From positions 58,776,001-58,840,000 of the forward strand of contig NC_043013.1 in NCBI RefSeq assembly GCF_006345805.1: a stretch of DNA of 64,000 nucleotides. Direction: 5' to 3'. The stretch comes from Octopus sinensis. Lineage: Eukaryota. A program made the position numbers and the translations under genes. Shown piece after piece: positions 1 to 12,214 of this stretch (the first letter of the stretch is position 1; each line of letters begins with the position of its first letter). The notes under the pieces are model-generated. The model worked only from the letters and a program-made list of their open reading frames with translations. It was not told the origin of the DNA and ran no database searches.

Positions 1-699
1 CACAATTTGACATACTACATCGAAATTTGAGTTGATAAACACCTACTTCGAAGAAGGCAAAAGAAAAAGAAACAGACTACACGTAAAACAAGTCGAAGAA
101 AATGAAAGAGCGCTACTTCAGCCCAACAATCTCATCCAAGAGAGGGCAAAGAGAGAAATAACATCTGTGGCAGTTTCCAATTATTATCGAAATAACAATT
201 AAAAGCACTGAATGAAGAATCTGGAATCTTGTGGACCAGTTTATTTGTGCTCAGGATCGAAGGTATAGCGAAAGTAAAGTAGAAATACTTAGATATACAA
301 TTACACATCCGTCTATACATTTTGTTTTGCAGCATATTGTAGCAGAAAATACAAGTGTGACTATTTGGAACAATGTGACTTGGATTCGTGTCAGATCGTC
401 CCTTTTTCACTGCAGTGTGAGCAGGACTCTGAACTATGGTCAATAGGAACCGTGACGGATTAATAGTACTAATGACCGCTAAAGCCCACAATCTTAAACA
501 ATAAACCAGGTTCGATATGTCAATGGAAGTGGCTTGAAGCTCAGGGATTTTAAAAACCAAGGGCATTTGCTCTGAAGAACAGTAATGGCTACAAAACGAA
601 ACGAAAAGGTATAGAAGAATTTAGCTATGTCAGCAAACAACTTTTTTCTTATGTCTTTTCGAATCCTTTGTGCCTGAAGATTTCTTCCGACTCTTTACG

Positions 700-830
700 T
701 TTTGTGTTCAAATCTTGCCAAGGTCAACTTTCCCTTTCATTCCTTCGAGAAAATAAAGAACCGGCCAAGTACCTCTTCCTCAAAATGTCAGACTTTGTGT
801 CTAAATCACCAACCATCATTATTATTAACA
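700..830 (-). mobile_element. Same SINE family, partial
   Basis: TTCAAATCTTGCCAAGGTCAACTTTCCCTTTCATTCCTTCGAG read on the minus strand (the SINE body reverse-complemented). Confidence 0.6.
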
Positions 831-2059
831 CAATCATTTGTATCTGAAAGAGGAGTAACTTTTCGTATCAGCTCCCCCAACTTTCTGGGAAAGACCGATT
901 GAATTCGGTTGTTTTCATTATTTTCTTTTAATTCGAAGAGTAAAAAGACAGTCTACTACCTGTTAGCGAGTTCTCATTTTCACAAATTCTACCAGCCTGT
1001 CGGAATCTGTTGTTGAGTTTTGTTTTAGGAAAAGATATTTTGGTTTCAAAATATCATAATGAAAAAAAGTTGCCGATAATAATGTTCGACGGAGACGGAC
1101 AATAATGAGAGGTGAACGAAGACCTTTGATATAACAGGCGAGGGAGAAATAAATTTGACGGTGTTCGGAACAGTAGCAAAGAGAAAACACCTAGTGTTGC
1201 AGTTCAAGGTAATGTTGCCAAAAATGCAACCCCACCACCACCAACATCATCACTACTACTATTACTACTAGAAAAGCGATTGTAGCAACTACACCAACAT
1301 TGCAAGAACAATAAGAGAAATGCGAACCATAACAGTAATTGCAAGAACAATGCCAAAAACAATCGCAACAAGAAGAATAAAATGGAAAAGATACAAATAC
1401 AAGAACGGAAGTTTACATCAATAAAGAATTAGCAAATCTGGAACATTCTAATACACTAAGTTTTTAGCCATTAAAAGCGACTGCAGTAGTGATGTTGCTG
1501 AGATATTGGTCAAAGGCACAAGCATAATTACCGCCACTACCTCCACCGCACAAACCTCAATATCCACACCACAACAACCGTAACCAGAGCTACGATAGTT
1601 TGCCTAACTGTAATTGTAGCTACGTTGTCTCCAACAACACAGTTATACCTGAATATAGGGACTTCTTTTCCAAAAGACTTCGAATTTTGTAAAGAAAGTG
1701 CCTGATAGATGTTTTGTTAAGAGCAACATAAGTCGTGGTCATTGTTAAAAGATGTTGTGTAACACACAGGTGCATGGATGCGAAATACAGTCGTATCAAT
1801 AATTCAGCTCTGAAAATGAATGAAAGAATGGAAGCAGAACATTATCGCTTCTTGTGGTAATTCGGCAGAGACATGAAGTTACATCATTGCGCTTCTATGG
1901 AATGAGAAATGTTTCTTAATTCTCTTCTAGAGAAAAGACAAACCAAGTGGAGCGTGTGGAATGTCACGCCAGAAATAGACAACTACTGTTTGGTAGCTAC
2001 CATCATCAAGAATAAAGAGAATGAATTGAACATAGATCTATCTGAATGTGTATGTGGGG

Positions 2060-2173
<114 letters not shown>

Positions 2174-3368
2174 CCACCAGGAGAGGAGGGGATATGGTAG
2201 TAATTCAGAGATGAACATGCAAAACCAGAAAACATTGGGAAAATACATACCCGAAGTGCTTGCAGATGTCATCTGTGGGTGGTAGACAGTAAAGGTACCA
2301 GCTATGTGATGCTAAAACTGGTGTAAGGGTTTCTGTCCGTAAGAAAGAGTAAGAGACTAGAATGTTCGTATAGTAATCGCATAGACATAATAGAAGTTAG
2401 TCAATGAGGCGCGTCTAGCAACACTTTAATGCAACAAGAATCTCATGTGATTGTTATTACAAACGACAGCAAAAGAAATACTTACCGGTACATTACAATC
2501 CGGAATGTGAACAATAACACTGATTGAATAGCCATAGAATGTATCCAATACGTGACCATCCCGCTATTTTCGGTTACCGGCGATCTGTGGTCATATTACC
2601 TAACCATTTCTAAAAGGACCTGTTGTGGTCTGAAAGAACTTTGGCTGTTTTCTCTCGCAAGTCAAAATTTGACGTCTATTTCTCACCGGTAGACTCATCG
2701 CGAAATGGTTTCTTTGTCCGTTCGGATCCCATAATATATTTTCGAGGTACACTTATACAGTTAAATTCATTTAAGCTGAAATTAGGTCAGTATTTTTATT
2801 TCAGTTGATGAAAGGAAGAAAACAGAAAGTGTATAGGATTGTGCAGGCTGTTCTCTGCTAAACTAGTTAACAATCATATCGGAAGGTACGAATCCATGCA
2901 CAGCAATGAGTCAAATAGTTTCTACCATAATTTCGGGTTGACTAGAATATCATGAGTTAAAGTGAATCGACAGAAGCTGTATGTAAGACCTTTCAGCTGA
3001 CTGATTCTGGAATTCGGAAACTTACCTGTTAGAAATTTGCCACGTCTAATTTACTTTAAAATTACGTTAACAGTCCACATATCAACGGAATATTCAGCTG
3101 CTTACATTTATACAGTCAGCAGGTAAGTCAGTCAATGGAAAAGTTGGTGATATCATCGTAGAGTCCTTTATCTGTTCTGAAGTACATGACAGTTGTATCA
3201 GGATCAGGTACACACAGAGAAACCTGCTATGATGTGACTTTCATATTGTCACAAATTATGTTCTAGACACAACTACAGTCAGACTGGACGATATGTAAAA
3301 TAAGTCTCACTTCACTGTTCTGTTAAGAAATAAACGGAATCTGAAAGATGAAGACGGGTTTCGACCGG

Positions 3369-3433
3369 CGTCTAGAGGGAGTGCATCTAATTATATATAT
3401 ATATATATATAATTAGATGCACTCCCTCTAGAC

Positions 3434-3434
<1 letters not shown>
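3369..3434. repeat. Perfect 66-bp palindrome with (AT)9 centre
   Basis: CGTCTAGAGGGAGTGCATCTAATT-(AT)9-AATTAGATGCACTCCCTCTAGACG. Confidence 0.95.
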
Positions 3435-3493
<59 letters not shown>

Positions 3494-3829
3494 GAAATAT
3501 GTTATAAAAAGAAAATAGAAAATATACATGGAAATGTAAGGGTAAAATATGAAAAACCAACGAAAATGCACATTGCAAATAAGAAAAGGCTATTTATGAC
3601 AGGTAACGACAACTATATACATTTAGATTGACTGAGGTAGTAATAAGAGTCATAAAAGTCATTATTATTCGTTTTTTGGGGGGTGTCCTGTACCCATATA
3701 CGCATGTATATATACATGTAGAGGTAGGTAGTACATATATGTATGTATATATGCATATGTTTTATTTATTAATTTATTATATGTCGGAACGCACGCATCC
3801 ATTTCTAAGTAAGTTTGTTCTTAATAGAT

Positions 3830-3889
<60 letters not shown>

Positions 3890-3890
3890 A

Positions 3891-3950
<60 letters not shown>
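3435..3950. repeat. (TA)n tracts (3435-3490 and ~3828-3950)
   Basis: Direct inspection. Confidence 0.95.
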
Positions 3951-4354
3951 TGTAGCTTTAATATAGACTACTATTACTCGCCTTTCAAGTCAAAACGAAA
4001 TTAAAGATTAGTAAGGTAACCCGTCTGTAAAATCATTTGCTCTAATAATTAAATTGAACGTCTTAATGTTTGCAGACCCTTGCAACCCTAAATTCAAATA
4101 TTACAACATTGATATAGAGTATAATTTCAAAGTACAAAAAGGAAAATTTAAATACTGATTCAAATTTCTTTATATTTTATATTTTGTTCTTTAATGTTAA
4201 AATCTTTCAAACTGAAATTTATAAAAAAGTTATTCGAAAACCGGAAAAGAGAAAAAACAGATTTTAACTTCGCTATGTGATTGGAATCAGTGAAGCCTCA
4301 TTTAGTGAATATCTTCAACGAATTAGTTTAATCGATAATTTCGTTTTTACCTTC

Positions 4355-4900
4355 TGTTTACACATACACATACACACACACACACACGCACGCACGTATA
4401 TATCCACCCATCAGTATGTATGTATGTATATGTGTGTATGTGTATATATATGTGTGTGTATGTGTGTTTATTTGTATGTGTACATATGTGTGTGTATATA
4501 TGTGTGTGTATATATCTGTGTGTATATATATGTGTGTATATATGTGTATGTATATGTGTGTATATGTGTGTGTATGTGTGTATGTGTGTATATGTGCGTG
4601 TGTATATGTGCGTGTATATATGTGGTGTGTATCTATGTATATATGTGTGCGTATCTAAGTATATATCTGCGTGTATCTATGTATATGTGTGTGTATCTAA
4701 GTATATATATGTGTGTGTATCTATGTATATATATGTATGTATACATATGTATAAATTATATATAAATGCATATATATGTAAATACGTATTTACACACACG
4801 TATATATATATATATATATATATATAAGGCATTATATTATACCTGTATGTATACTTGTGCGTACTTATATGTGTATGTATGCCTGCTGCTATGTTCGTGT
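4355..4900. repeat. Compound (CA)/(GT)/(TA)/(GTAT) microsatellite
   Basis: Direct inspection. Confidence 0.95.
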
Positions 4901-5749
4901 GAGTGTGTGTGTGCAATTATTTCGTTTTCGGTTTTTCCTTCCTTCTTTAAATAGATTTTGGCATGCTCTTTTTCCTCGTTTCCATTCCTGCAGAATAGCT
5001 TGCAATGAAAATAAACATAGCAGACATGTTGCTTATGGAAAACTCTCATGTTCGCTGCATTATATTTAGCCAGCTCACAGCTACTTAATATCACTGATTT
5101 CTTTTAATTATGCTAATATTTGTTTGTTAACGAAATGTCTCTATTACGACCAGCGTCATTTGAAAAGCCGTGTACACTTAATTATTTTCTATACCTTCAT
5201 CAGTTCATTAATAATGTTAACGTATCGCTAATGTCTTTTTATGTGGGGGAGATTTTTTTTTCTACAATTTATTGTTGTTTATGCTGTTCGTCTTCATATC
5301 TTCATTTATTCTTCGTTTGGCTTATTATTTTTCCGACTGAATGCAAATAACACGATATTACATTTAAATATAAACAACTCCGGAATGACAACGAAATACA
5401 CTGACGGAAATATAGAGGTTTTAAAGTCTTTTTGTAATTTTTCATTTACTTATGATGTACCAGTAATTAAACTGTAGTGTACAATCAAATTCCGATGTTG
5501 TAGCTAGACTACAGTGATCAACGAAATCTAAGATGAAAGGTATTCCAACCGTACCCCCCCCCCACACACACACAATGGTATTACCCATTATTTAAGAGGT
5601 TAGGGTTCCGCTTAGATTATATCTGACTGTTAGTTTTAGCGCATCCATGTAAAGTTTCCTTCTTCGGTCTATTTCACATTCCAGGAAGCACAATTACCAA
5701 ATCAGTTTCGATTTTCATTTTACATCTGTGCCCATTGTAATTCAAGCCT

Positions 5750-6235
5750 CCGCCGCTAGGAGCCACTTGATAGTAACTTCAGGCATCAGTCTGCCGATCG
5801 AGTCGTTCCCTGATGTTTTACTGCTACGAGGTGAGTTGTTCTCTGACGCCCTGTTGCCACGCGGTGCGTCTTTGTTTTGCAGTGCTTCTCCCATGTTCGT
5901 CGATTTTGGCCATAGCTAAAGGAAGGAACGGCCTGCTTCCGTGAAATTTTGTTTTCTGCTGGGGAAAACGGCGGCCCAGATAGTTGTCATGCTTCAAAGG
6001 CTTACAAAGGCGCTGCCATGAGCAAAACACAAGTTTATGGAATGGTCACTTCTCGCTTCAGGGCGACCGTCTACCTCCCGAACGAATGGAAACCTCACGA
6101 AAATTCATGAACTGATCTTGAAGGACCGTTGCCGAACATTTGACGAACTTGTTGATATCAGATGTGTCCTGAAACTCCTGCCAACAAATTTTGAGAGAGG
6201 AATTGCGAATGAGAAGAGTTGCAGCAAAACACAAT
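5750..6235 (+). mobile_element. Mariner transposase 5' fragment
   Basis: CVKFCFLLGKTAAQIVVML..MSKTQVY..GRPSTSRT..KDRCRTFDEL..LRMRRVAAK (paired/HTH region) across frameshifts. Confidence 0.85.
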
Positions 6236-7259
6236 GCTTAGGTGTGATATTGGATATCTGGGTTCAAGTTCCGGTAGTCTCATTTTCGCCACATGGGGCA
6301 AAACAATAAAACTGACATTGGTTTGTCGCTTGTGTAGTCAGTGATTGAATTGTATAAAGAGCATAAGGAATAGCTCCCTGTTTTTCTTTTTCTCTTTCTC
6401 TCTATTCGCACACCTATACGCAAACACACACACACACACACATGCATACGCGCGCGCACACATGCACACACACATAAACACACACACACACACAGATGGA
6501 TCACATATAAAGTCACCTACAGCCTCGATTGTTAGGATTTAGAGACTGGTACTTGGATGTTAAATGTCTCCCACGATAATTAACAACCAAGTATCAAAGC
6601 TTATAATGTGCCAAAAGAGACTGTGAGATTTCTGACAGCAGACTGCTGTTTGCTCTCACCGAATCTACCAGAACAAACAAGACTGAAAATTCTGAGAATT
6701 AAAACAATAATAAGAATAGATATTTTAGCAAAAAAGCAAACAAGCAAGATTTGTATATAAGGAATCTGAAATATCTTGCTTGAAAAGGAGGACATGTATA
6801 TTAAATACGTGATAAAGTAATACGGAAGAGATACCTAACACAACAACTAATATTGATAATAGACAGAAAGAGAACATTTCTGATGAAAGATCTCACAATA
6901 GTAGGTTTAACAATACATGTAACTCAAGACTCCTCTACAGTGTCCATTGGCTAACCAATGTAAACAATAAGAAACTACCTGATAAATATGCTATGTGGTG
7001 GGCTTGATAATTACTAAGTAATTTCTCTTTTAATATGAAGTCAGTGGTCGCCTTAACCCCCAAATTAAGATATATATATATATACATATTTTTGTGTGAG
7101 TTAGAGCTTGAGAAACCGACTAAGGGATAGTATATATGCTTATGTTTTCATACCCTTCACTCATACATGTGTGTATATTCATCCAATACCTTTGAATAAA
7201 AAGACATACTGGAATGTTTAAAGCTGATGTCTGTCGATTTTATATCCTCTCCGTTTTCT

Positions 7260-7362
<103 letters not shown>

Positions 7363-8480
7363 AAGGGATATGTTATAATACTATCCCACATATACAAAAA
7401 CGGCTATGCCAACAATCCAACATACTTCCATCATCAGCTGCCCCACAAATATCATTATAGCTTCGACACCTGGGTAGTACCATTCAATCCAGGGGTGTCA
7501 ACAGCACTATAATAAGTGTTGTTTGGGAACAAACATACCAAAGAAACCACAACTTTCAAAAACATTTACCCTATGTACAATCAGATCGGTATATAAATTC
7601 AATAAGTAAATTACAACCAACTCCTAAATACGTAACTAAACAGCGACCAATCCATTGAGTCATACAAAAATTATAATCCTTACCGTATTCCATAGTATAA
7701 TATAAAACTGAAAGCTTCATAACCCCATTCATTCAATCAATTTAAAAGCAGGATTAAACACTAACTTTAATAAAAGTACAACAAAGAAACACATAAACCA
7801 ATGTATATCGTATCGGTATTAATAGTAAACCGGCAATACCTAAATTATATATTAAATCGTGACCAATCTTTTAAGTCCATACAAATTAATAATCCCACCT
7901 GTCTTCCATAGTTAATATTGTAATAAATCCCTCCAAAACAAGACAAACACAATTTAATTTAATTTTACTAATAATATAATAATTATGAGTGAAATACATT
8001 ATTTCATCATTCGAAAGTTAATAATAAAACACTACATACTCATTAATATATCACTACTACTACTAACTATAATCTTAAATTACCAGTAACTAATAGAAAC
8101 ATTAAATTTTATTAAATAAGAACTAATAAAAGTACTTTTAAATAACTTATTACAAAACCCTTGCTATGTTTAAAGCTAATTGAAATTGTTTAAAAGATAA
8201 CAAAACTACAAGTGTTTTAACACCTGTTTTAACAGACACGCGGTTCCATCCCCAGGAATTTTGGACGTAATGCGGAATTACTACTTCCTCACTTGTCTCA
8301 AACGATATTGGTGACGTAATAAGCAAATTACTCGAATCGCAAACGTTCCAAATCCTTACAAATATTTGCTAAGTTGAAGACTAGATATTACCGCATATTT
8401 ATTTAAAATTTCAAGTTTCCATTCATACCCTTGTTTTACTAAATGTCTTCACAGTTTATGTATTCTTTCTAAAACAAATT

Positions 8481-8995
8481 TGTAGTGACGCTATACAGCG
8501 GCGCATGCGCGAAGCACCGGAAGTAGAACCCTTTTGCCTACGTGGCAGTTAGCCGAGGCAGGGGGATCGTAGGACGTTGACCACTAGCGTCCAGCAGCAG
8601 TCATTGACTTGAGACAAAGCGACCGAAGGCAACGGACGTATATTTTCTCGCTGTCCCCATATGATAGCAGTCGGCCGAAGGCTTTTAACCAAATTGTTGC
8701 AGACAACATCATCTTCTCCCTGTTCCGGACGCCATCTTTGACCAGTGTCGTTAGCATTTGAACATTGTAAATTTCTACAGCGATAACGTTCGGCTCTGAC
8801 ACATCTATACCAAATGGATACCCAGATATACCAATTATCTGTTACTGTCATAAGAGAATAAAGTAGATATATATATTATTTACGTCTGCGTCTTGTTGTT
8901 TCTGACTGGTAGAATCTGGATTATTAAAGCAACGGAAAGTGATTGCTTCTCGCACCCCCAAAAGGTCTAGAGAAGATATTCACATTTTCGTTACA
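8481..8995 (+). repeat. 5' LTR (515 bp)
   Basis: TGTAGTGACG...TTCGTTACA, repeated at 10483-10992. Contains AATAAA near 8857. Confidence 0.93.
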
Positions 8996-8996
8996 C

Positions 8997-9014
8997 TGGT
9001 GACCCCGACGTGAT
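8997..9014 (+). promoter_or_regulatory. Primer-binding site complementary to the tRNA-Trp 3' end
   Basis: TGGTGACCCCGACGTGAT is the 18-nt reverse complement of the eukaryotic tRNA-Trp 3' end (AUCACGUCGGGGUCACCA). It starts 1 nt after the LTR end. Confidence 0.92.
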
Positions 9015-10482
9015 TCTGGTCTAAAACCAGAGATCACTTAACAACAAAGAAATCCAGTTTTTCTGCCAGGTCGGAACACGATTTAACTCTACGCAGTCAT
9101 CATCTTTCGACGATTTGTTTCCGGTCCCCTCGGACAGTTATAGAAGGAGCCTTTTTTATTCTTCAACATAATGACGGACGCCATCATATCATCGATGCTT
9201 TTTCTCTGCCTTCGTCATCATCATCGTCGTCTTAGAACTTCACGTCGTCGTTATCTTCGTCGCCATCACCACTAAGAACAATGTTGTCTCAAGTCCACTA
9301 CAGTCGCCTTCCACCACCACCGTCGCCTTTCAACACCGTCGACCTCCACAAGATGTACATAGCAACTCGCGGAAGTTTAGCCCACTTGCTGTTTGTGCAT
9401 GGCACACCAAGGAATTAACAGCCCAGCACTATCTGCGAGATTCTTCTGTTCCAGTTAACCTGTCATAGCATTGAAGCCACAACCGTTACACGATATGTGT
9501 CCAATCGGCATCTGCATTTGTGATCTCAACATTCTGTTACAGAACGAACTGCTATTGTGCGTCAGGCTATTACAGACTGGTAAATTAACTCCATTGTCTG
9601 AAATAGCCCTGAGAGACATTTTTCCTATGCGCTGTATTTTTATTTTTGCTCGCATTCACCTTGTTTGTATTTTCTGTCGCACACACGTACACACACATAA
9701 ATGCTATCTCTCTCCCATACATACGTCACACATGCTTTTCTCGCTTGTTTTTTCCATGCTAAATTTGCCTTTTGTGGACACACCTCATTTCTATAGACCC
9801 TAGGGGTCACGTATACATACAGAGAGTTGTTTGTCCATTATAACGTGCCGGCATGCCATACTTTTGTTCCTGTACGAACGAGGCATATAATCGCTCAACC
9901 ACTGGCATATTCATTGCTGTTTTTTCGGTCTGGCAAGCCCTATTGCATTTCATGCGCCTTTGCTCCGCACGTGTACTGCCTTGTTTTTGCAACACGTTTG
10001 CGTTAGCTTAATTCTTTTCCCTGTTAGACCCCTGTTGGTCACGTAATTAACAGAGAAAATTATCTGTGTCGCGCATCACACCAGCATGCTTGCACTTTTG
10101 CCTTTGTGTTACTAGCGATCTATCTGTCGATTCCATTTCCTCTCCTGCAGCAATTGATTTAACTGCTATTTCGCAGGACCAACCACCTTTAGAGGAGTTG
10201 GATTTAATTTCGCCTAGGTTCATTAACTGTGAGTTTGCTTTCCTTCCGCTCCCTTCAGCGGAAGGGTTTATACTTTGTGACGTATCCACCTTCACGCATG
10301 CATTTTGATTTTGCTCATTTTGAGTATTTTTACTCTTTTTTCCGTTTGGTAAATTTCTTGTGTATGATGTAAATTTTGCCATTTTTATTATATTGTGTGC
10401 TATTTGGTTATCTGGTATCCACCTTGAGTTTTATAGTCACTACAAGGAATTTTGTGTCGTGCTTCGCACTGGGGTGGAGCTC

Positions 10483-10992
10483 TGTAGTGACGCTATACAG
10501 CGGCGCATGCGCGAAGCACCGGAAGTAGAACCCTTTTGCCTACGTGGCAGTTAGCCGAGGCAGGGGGATCGTAGGACGTTGACCACTAGCGTCCAGCAGC
10601 AGTCATTGACTTGAGACAAAGCGACCGAGGGCAACGGACGTATATTTTCTCGCTGTCCCTTTATGATAGCAGTCGGCCGAAAGCTTTAACCAAATTGTTG
10701 CAGACAACATCATCTTCCTCTTTCCGGACGCCATCTTTGACCAGTGTCGTTAGCATTTGAACACTGTAGATTCTACAGCGATATAGTTCAGCTCTGACAC
10801 ATCTATACCAAAGGGATACCCAGATATACCAATTATTTGTTACTGTCATAAGAGAATAAAGTATATATATATATTTTACGTCTGCGTTTTGTGTTTCTTT
10901 GACTGGTAGAATCTGGATTATAAAAGCAACGGATAGTGATTGCTTTTCGCACCCCCAAAAGGTCCAGAGAAGATATTCACACTTTCGTTACA
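10483..10992 (+). repeat. 3' LTR (510 bp)
   Basis: Copy of 8481-8995, preceded by the PPT and followed by the TSD AATT. Confidence 0.93.
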
Positions 10993-11181
10993 AATTTTTG
11001 GATTATTAATAATAGTACAATATCTAACAATTTGCCCTGCAGAAACACCAAAACCAATTTATCCTTAATTACTAGATTGACATCTACATAATTAATATTT
11101 ATATTATGTAGGTGTCATTTCTGATGGCTATAAACTCACTAGGGTATATTTTACTGAGTAAAAATTCAAAGAAATCATAAT

Positions 11182-11225
<44 letters not shown>

Positions 11226-11228
11226 TGT

Positions 11229-11475
11229 GGAGGCGCGTGGCCTAGAGGTTAGGGTGTCAGCATCATGATCGTAAGATTGTGGTTTCGATTCCTAGACCGG
11301 GCGACGTGTTGTGTTCTTGAGCAAAACACTTCATTTCACGTTGCTCCAGTCCACTCAGCTGGCAAAAATGCGTAACGCTGCGATGGACTGGCGTCCCGTC
11401 CAGCTGGGGAACACATACGCCATAGGAACCGGGGAAAAGGGCCCATGAGTCTGGCTAGGCTTTAAAAGGGCGCAT
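11229..11475 (+). mobile_element. tRNA-derived SINE
   Basis: A-box-like TGGCCTAGAGG and B-box-like GTTTCGATTCC, central TGTGTTCTTGAGCAAAACACTT domain, (TA) tail. Confidence 0.8.
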
Positions 11476-11559
11476 AAAAATATATATATATATCTTCGAC
11501 ATACACACACATACATATATATATAGTGTCGACATACACACACATATATATAATATATA

Positions 11560-11695
11560 CGACATACTTCTTTCAGTTTCCGTCTACCATTTCCACTCAC
11601 AAGGCTTTGTTCGACCCGAGGCTACAGTAGAACCCGGAACCATGTGTACCACATAGTAACCAAGCTACTTACCACACAGTCACTCTTGCGCTTAT
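11560..11695 (-). mobile_element. Octopus-type SINE, 3' part, internally deleted
   Basis: rc of ...GTGAGTGGAAATGGTAGACGGAAACTGAAAGAAG...; related copy at ~40795-40905. Confidence 0.65.
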
Positions 11696-11779
11696 ATATT
11701 CATATATTAAACATATGAGCCTCTATACACATATATGTGTATGCATATACGTATGTTTTTAAGTCATATGCGTATACAT

Positions 11780-11815
<36 letters not shown>

Positions 11816-11820
11816 GTATG

Positions 11821-11857
<37 letters not shown>

Positions 11858-12135
11858 GTATGTATGTATGTATTCATTTGTATAGTATAATATTTAACTA
11901 TCTGCATCTATACGCACACAGATGCACACATACACACGTACATATATACGCATATACACGTACATTCTAACGCATTAACAATGGGGTTGAGAGAATGAAA
12001 GAGAGAACTAGAGAAAGACTGCGAGAGAGACAGAGACGGACAGCAACAGCAAAGATGAAAATAAAGATGTATATTCATCGGTGCAACCCATCAATATAAT
12101 TTTTACACGTCAGCCCACAAATATGCGTGTGTGTG

Positions 12136-12214
<79 letters not shown>

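Larger units (their letters stand above)
8481..10992 (+). mobile_element. Complete non-autonomous LTR retrotransposon (TRIM/LARD-like, Gypsy-type tRNA-Trp priming)
   Basis: Direct repeats 8481-8995 and 10483-10992, both TGT...ACA. The 4-bp TSD AATT lies at 8477-8480 and 10993-10996. PBS at 8997-9014, purine-rich PPT GGGGTGGAG at 10471-10479. No gag/pol motifs in the 1.49-kb interior. Confidence 0.93.

Noticed and set aside
132-566. 144-aa minus-strand ORF and overlapping plus-strand peptide (FELINTYFEEG..)
   Set aside because: No recognisable domain; only a faint resemblance to a LINE endonuclease motif; truncated by the window edge.
8481-8995. Retrozyme hypothesis (hammerhead inside the LTR)
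   Set aside because: No CTGANGA...GAAA core found on either strand of the LTR by eye.
11229-11305. tRNA-like sequence
   Set aside because: It is the A/B-box head of a SINE and continues into a SINE body; no proper cloverleaf or acceptor stem. The same applies to the heads at 36669, 39972 and 40263.
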